Position numbers and translations under genes: made by a program
From: Phoronis australis
Lineage: Eukaryota > Animalia > Phoronida
Reading direction: 5' to 3'
DNA length: 38,279 bases
Assembly (NCBI GenBank): GCA_002633005.1
Contig: NMRA01000985.1
Span: forward strand, 39,728 to 78,006
In this document: positions 35,451 to 38,279 of the stretch, in pieces
How positions within the stretch are numbered: the first letter of the stretch is position 1
Layout: every line of letters starts with the position of its first letter
The notes under the pieces: model-generated
The model's database searches: none
What the model was told of the DNA's origin: nothing
The model's input: only the letters and a program-made list of their open reading frames with translations

Positions 35451-35749
35451 ATTGACTGACTAGTAAATGAAAGCAAACGACGACGGAACTTAACACAACC
35501 GAGGTAGAACAATGACTGACTCGGCAGCTCTCACAGTCAGACTATATGAAAAGAAATTGGCGCGAAATGCTTGCCTCCTAAAACATCACTTCCGGAAGAG
35601 CGGACGAGTAATTAATAAAATTAAGAAAAGCTGTAATTAAGTGGAAAATATGTCTAGGATAACCAACCAACCTTATTTTAGCTCAAAATGACATGGAAAA
35701 AGGTTGCCTTCACCTTTAAGCGTCGAGCCCTGGAAAGGATTTGCTTTCC

Positions 35750-36495
35750 ATATATTTTTTTATGTATTTAGTATCATTTACAAACAATTACAAAAACAAA
35801 CAAACAAATAAGTACACCATTCATTCACGCATGCACACCTCAGGAAGACCATTCTCATATCTCGTTTAAAGTAAATATCTTCTACATGAAGTTAACATGA
35901 ACAATAAAATTTTCCCATTTCGCAGAGAAGCTGTCATATACAAAGTTTTTATGTGCATTTAATTTTTCAGCATTATAGTATTCATAAGTTTTTGTAACGA
36001 ACTTGAGAAAATTAGGTATATTTTTGTGACATCTCTCCTTGTAAATGTACTGTTTAGCTAGTAGAACCAAAATGTTAAATAGAAAATCATGCGTCTTGTA
36101 AAGTCCAAGAATAACAATATCGTAAGACAGACAGTTGGGAAGCTGAATGCCACACTTTTAAAGTAGCTCTCCGAATTCCTTCCAGAAATCTTGTACAAAG
36201 CTACATTCCCAAAAAAGATGTGACAGCGTCTCTGGAGCTTTATTACAAAAGGAACATAGATCAGAATCCCTAACACATATTTTGACTAAAAAGGTATTTG
36301 TTGCAATAATTCTATGTAGTATTCTAAATTGGAACCATCTAATATGGAGATCCTTTGTAATTTTGTAAGGTAAAGCATATATTTTCTTCAAATCTAAACT
36401 ATCTCCTACCTCTATTTCCCATTTACACTCTGACTTAGGTTTCTTAACATTATTAAAGACTGATATTGACAGTAGCATGCAATACGTACACACAT
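35750..36495 (-). mobile_element. L1/Tx1-clade non-LTR retrotransposon, 5'-truncated 3' end (zf-RVT region and 3' UTR)
   Basis: KWEIEV...RWFQFRILHRIIATNTFL...CSFCNKAPETLSHLFWEC..VQDFW; then LLAKQYIYKERC...KWENF with stops and frameshifts; A-rich tail near 35752-35761 on the minus strand. Confidence 0.85.
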
Positions 36496-36898
36496 GATGG
36501 ACATTTGTTTTAAACAAGATTTTGGAAAAAAGGTCAATCAATAAATGACCGGGCCATCATCAAGGGAAAAAAGTTTAAAGGTTATAAATGTTTATTTTAA
36601 ACATTAGTAGTAGGTATTATACCACTTAGCATAAAAACCATGATTGAAACAGCAATATATAGCAGTTTGCTATTTTGTTGGTTCTTCGCTTCAATGTCTT
36701 CTTAAGCTCTAAGCTAAAAATTTGCAGCAATTCCAAATTAGAGAGCACTGAGTTCTCGGTTGTAGATTTAATCTTGTCACCCTATATCATGAAGTTTCCT
36801 CATTTTGGCAACCTCAGACCACATTTAGCGAGTTGATATTATGTGGAACGTCGAGCCCTGAACTGAGAAAATTTTCTAGAGTAAGAACAGAAAATATG

Positions 36899-37120
36899 TA
36901 CCGTATTCACCCTAATAAGCGGCCATGCCTCTATAAGCGCTCCTCCATGCGTTTTCAGACTTAGCTAAAATAAGCGTCCACTCCGTGAACGCCGTGTACA
37001 GGCAAAAAATGCCTTACCTACAGTTCTAAAATTCTACAGTAACATCTTCAATTTATCAATAAGATCCGACAGTCCTGAAAAAATCATTGTGCGCGGAATT
37101 TGCAGACCACGATCCTCGCT
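36899..37120 (+). mobile_element. Tc1/mariner-like non-autonomous element end
   Basis: TA-CCGTATTCACCCTAATAAGCGGCCATGCCTCTATAAGCGCTCC, same family as the ends at 2523 and 23594. Confidence 0.6.
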
Positions 37121-37258
37121 TGATGTGCAAGCAACAAAACCTTGGTATAAAAATGAGTTAATTGCTCGTATCCAAGATTTTAACTTTCTGTTACATACCA
37201 TTCCCCATGACCGTTAAAACCAAAAATTTCCAACATCACGATCTGATCTAGAATCGCA

Positions 37259-37440
37259 TTCGATTAAACTTGACAAACAAGCCTATACTGTGTTGGTATA
37301 CATCACCATCTGATCACATTCGATTAAACTTGACAAACAAGCCTATACTGTGTTGGTACACATCACCATCTGATCACATTCAATTAAACTTGACAAAAAA
37401 GCCTATACTGTGTTGGTATACATCACCATCTGATCACATT
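37259..37440. repeat. 60-bp tandem repeat x3 ending at a contig join
   Basis: CGATTAAACTTGACAAACAAGCCTATACTGTGTTGGTATACATCACCATCTGATCACATT repeated, followed by n at 37443. Confidence 0.95.
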
Positions 37441-37443
37441 TGN

Positions 37444-38279
37444 TGCCCGCTACCTCTGGGGTCCGTAAAGAGGCACGGGTGACAGTAGATGAAGTGCCTC
37501 CACTGGCTCCAGTCATGACTGTACTTGCCACAGCTCGCGAGGCTTCTCGCTTCAAATAGGCACTTCTAGAGGGTGGCGACGGGGCACTGCTGGGAATCAA
37601 CACAGACGGAATGACAACCTTCTTCAGACGTTGTTTCGCAGGGACCTTCATCAGTTCAGCGTACAAATCCCTTTCGTAATCGAAGGGCAGAAAGTGCTTG
37701 CTACATACACGGTAATTCTCCACTGCTTTGTACGTTGCGTGGACGGGTAACGCTGCGTTCTTCACACGAACGAACCAAGTACGGCGAAGTGTGTCATCCA
37801 TCGGAAAGCGATGCAAAGGTACTCCCAAAGCGCGCATGAGCCGATTATTAGTATATCCTGGTACGCAGCAACAGTGCGGCATATTGACTGACTAGTAAAT
37901 GAAAGCAAACGACGACGGAACTTAACACAACCGAGGTAGAACAATGACTGACTCGGCAGCTCTCACAGTCAGACTATATGAAAAGAAATTGGCGCGAAAT
38001 GCTTGCCTCCTAAAACATCACTTCCGGAAGAGCGGACGAGTAATTAATAAAATTAAGAAAAGCTGTAATTAAGTGGAAAATATGTCTAGGATAACCAACC
38101 AACCTTATTTTAGCTCAAAATGACATGGAAAAAGGTTGCCTTCACCTTTAAGCGTCGAGCCCTGGAAAGGATTTGCTTTCCATATATTTTTTTATGTATT
38201 TAGTATCATTTACAAACAATTACAAAAACAAACAAACAAATAAGTACACCATTCATTCACGCATGCACACCTCAGGAAG
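37444..38279. repeat. Near-identical duplicate of 35012-35847 (Kolobok THAP end, TIR ending 38147, and flank); probable assembly or haplotype duplication
   Basis: Constant offset of 2432; starts right after a single N; includes non-element flanking DNA; one difference noticed (T35148 vs C37580). Confidence 0.92.

Larger units (their letters stand above)
34026..35715 (-). mobile_element. Kolobok DNA transposon, internally deleted copy 2
   Basis: TTAA TSD at 34022-34025 and 35716-35719; ~165-bp TIRs starting AGGTGAAGGCAACCTTTTTCCATGTCATTTTGAGC; convergent THAP transposase (-) and KolX (+) genes, both truncated at ~34660. Confidence 0.93.

Noticed and set aside
34026-35715. piggyBac assignment because of the TTAA TSD
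   Set aside because: Termini are AGG...CCT rather than CCC/CAC...GGG, and the THAP plus convergent KolX content indicates Kolobok

Overview
Eukaryotic, intron-containing, AT-rich and repeat-rich animal DNA (probably an invertebrate), with one 617-N gap and one single-N join. Host genes reconstructed by hand from splice signals: (1) the first three coding exons of UBA5 (UFM1-activating E1) on the minus strand; (2) a divergently transcribed 2-coding-exon C2H2 zinc-finger gene (ZNF-A, + strand, about 420 aa, 5 fingers); (3) a convergent 4-coding-exon C2H2 gene (ZNF-B, - strand, about 339 aa, 2 fingers) whose finger exon is absent from the ORF track. The two ZNF genes are not alignable by eye except for a roughly 40-aa N-terminal module (FCSLI..A.......FV.WLDLKVAEYKV.GHM.L). 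In both genes the module sits on its own exon ending in a phase-1 intron, a KRAB/ZAD-like layout with a domain I do not recognise; this is the best candidate for an undescribed system. The rest is mostly transposon DNA: two internally deleted Kolobok elements (TTAA TSD, ~165-bp TIRs, THAP transposase plus convergent KolX), Helentron-type elements carrying arrays of CTCF-like motifs, a Gypsy remnant with its TSD and an empty-site paralog, Harbinger-, IS3EU-, Tc1/mariner- and hAT-like non-autonomous elements, piggyBac and L1/Tx1 fragments, and several minisatellites. The last 836 bp duplicate 35012-35847 and are probably an assembly or haplotype artefact.
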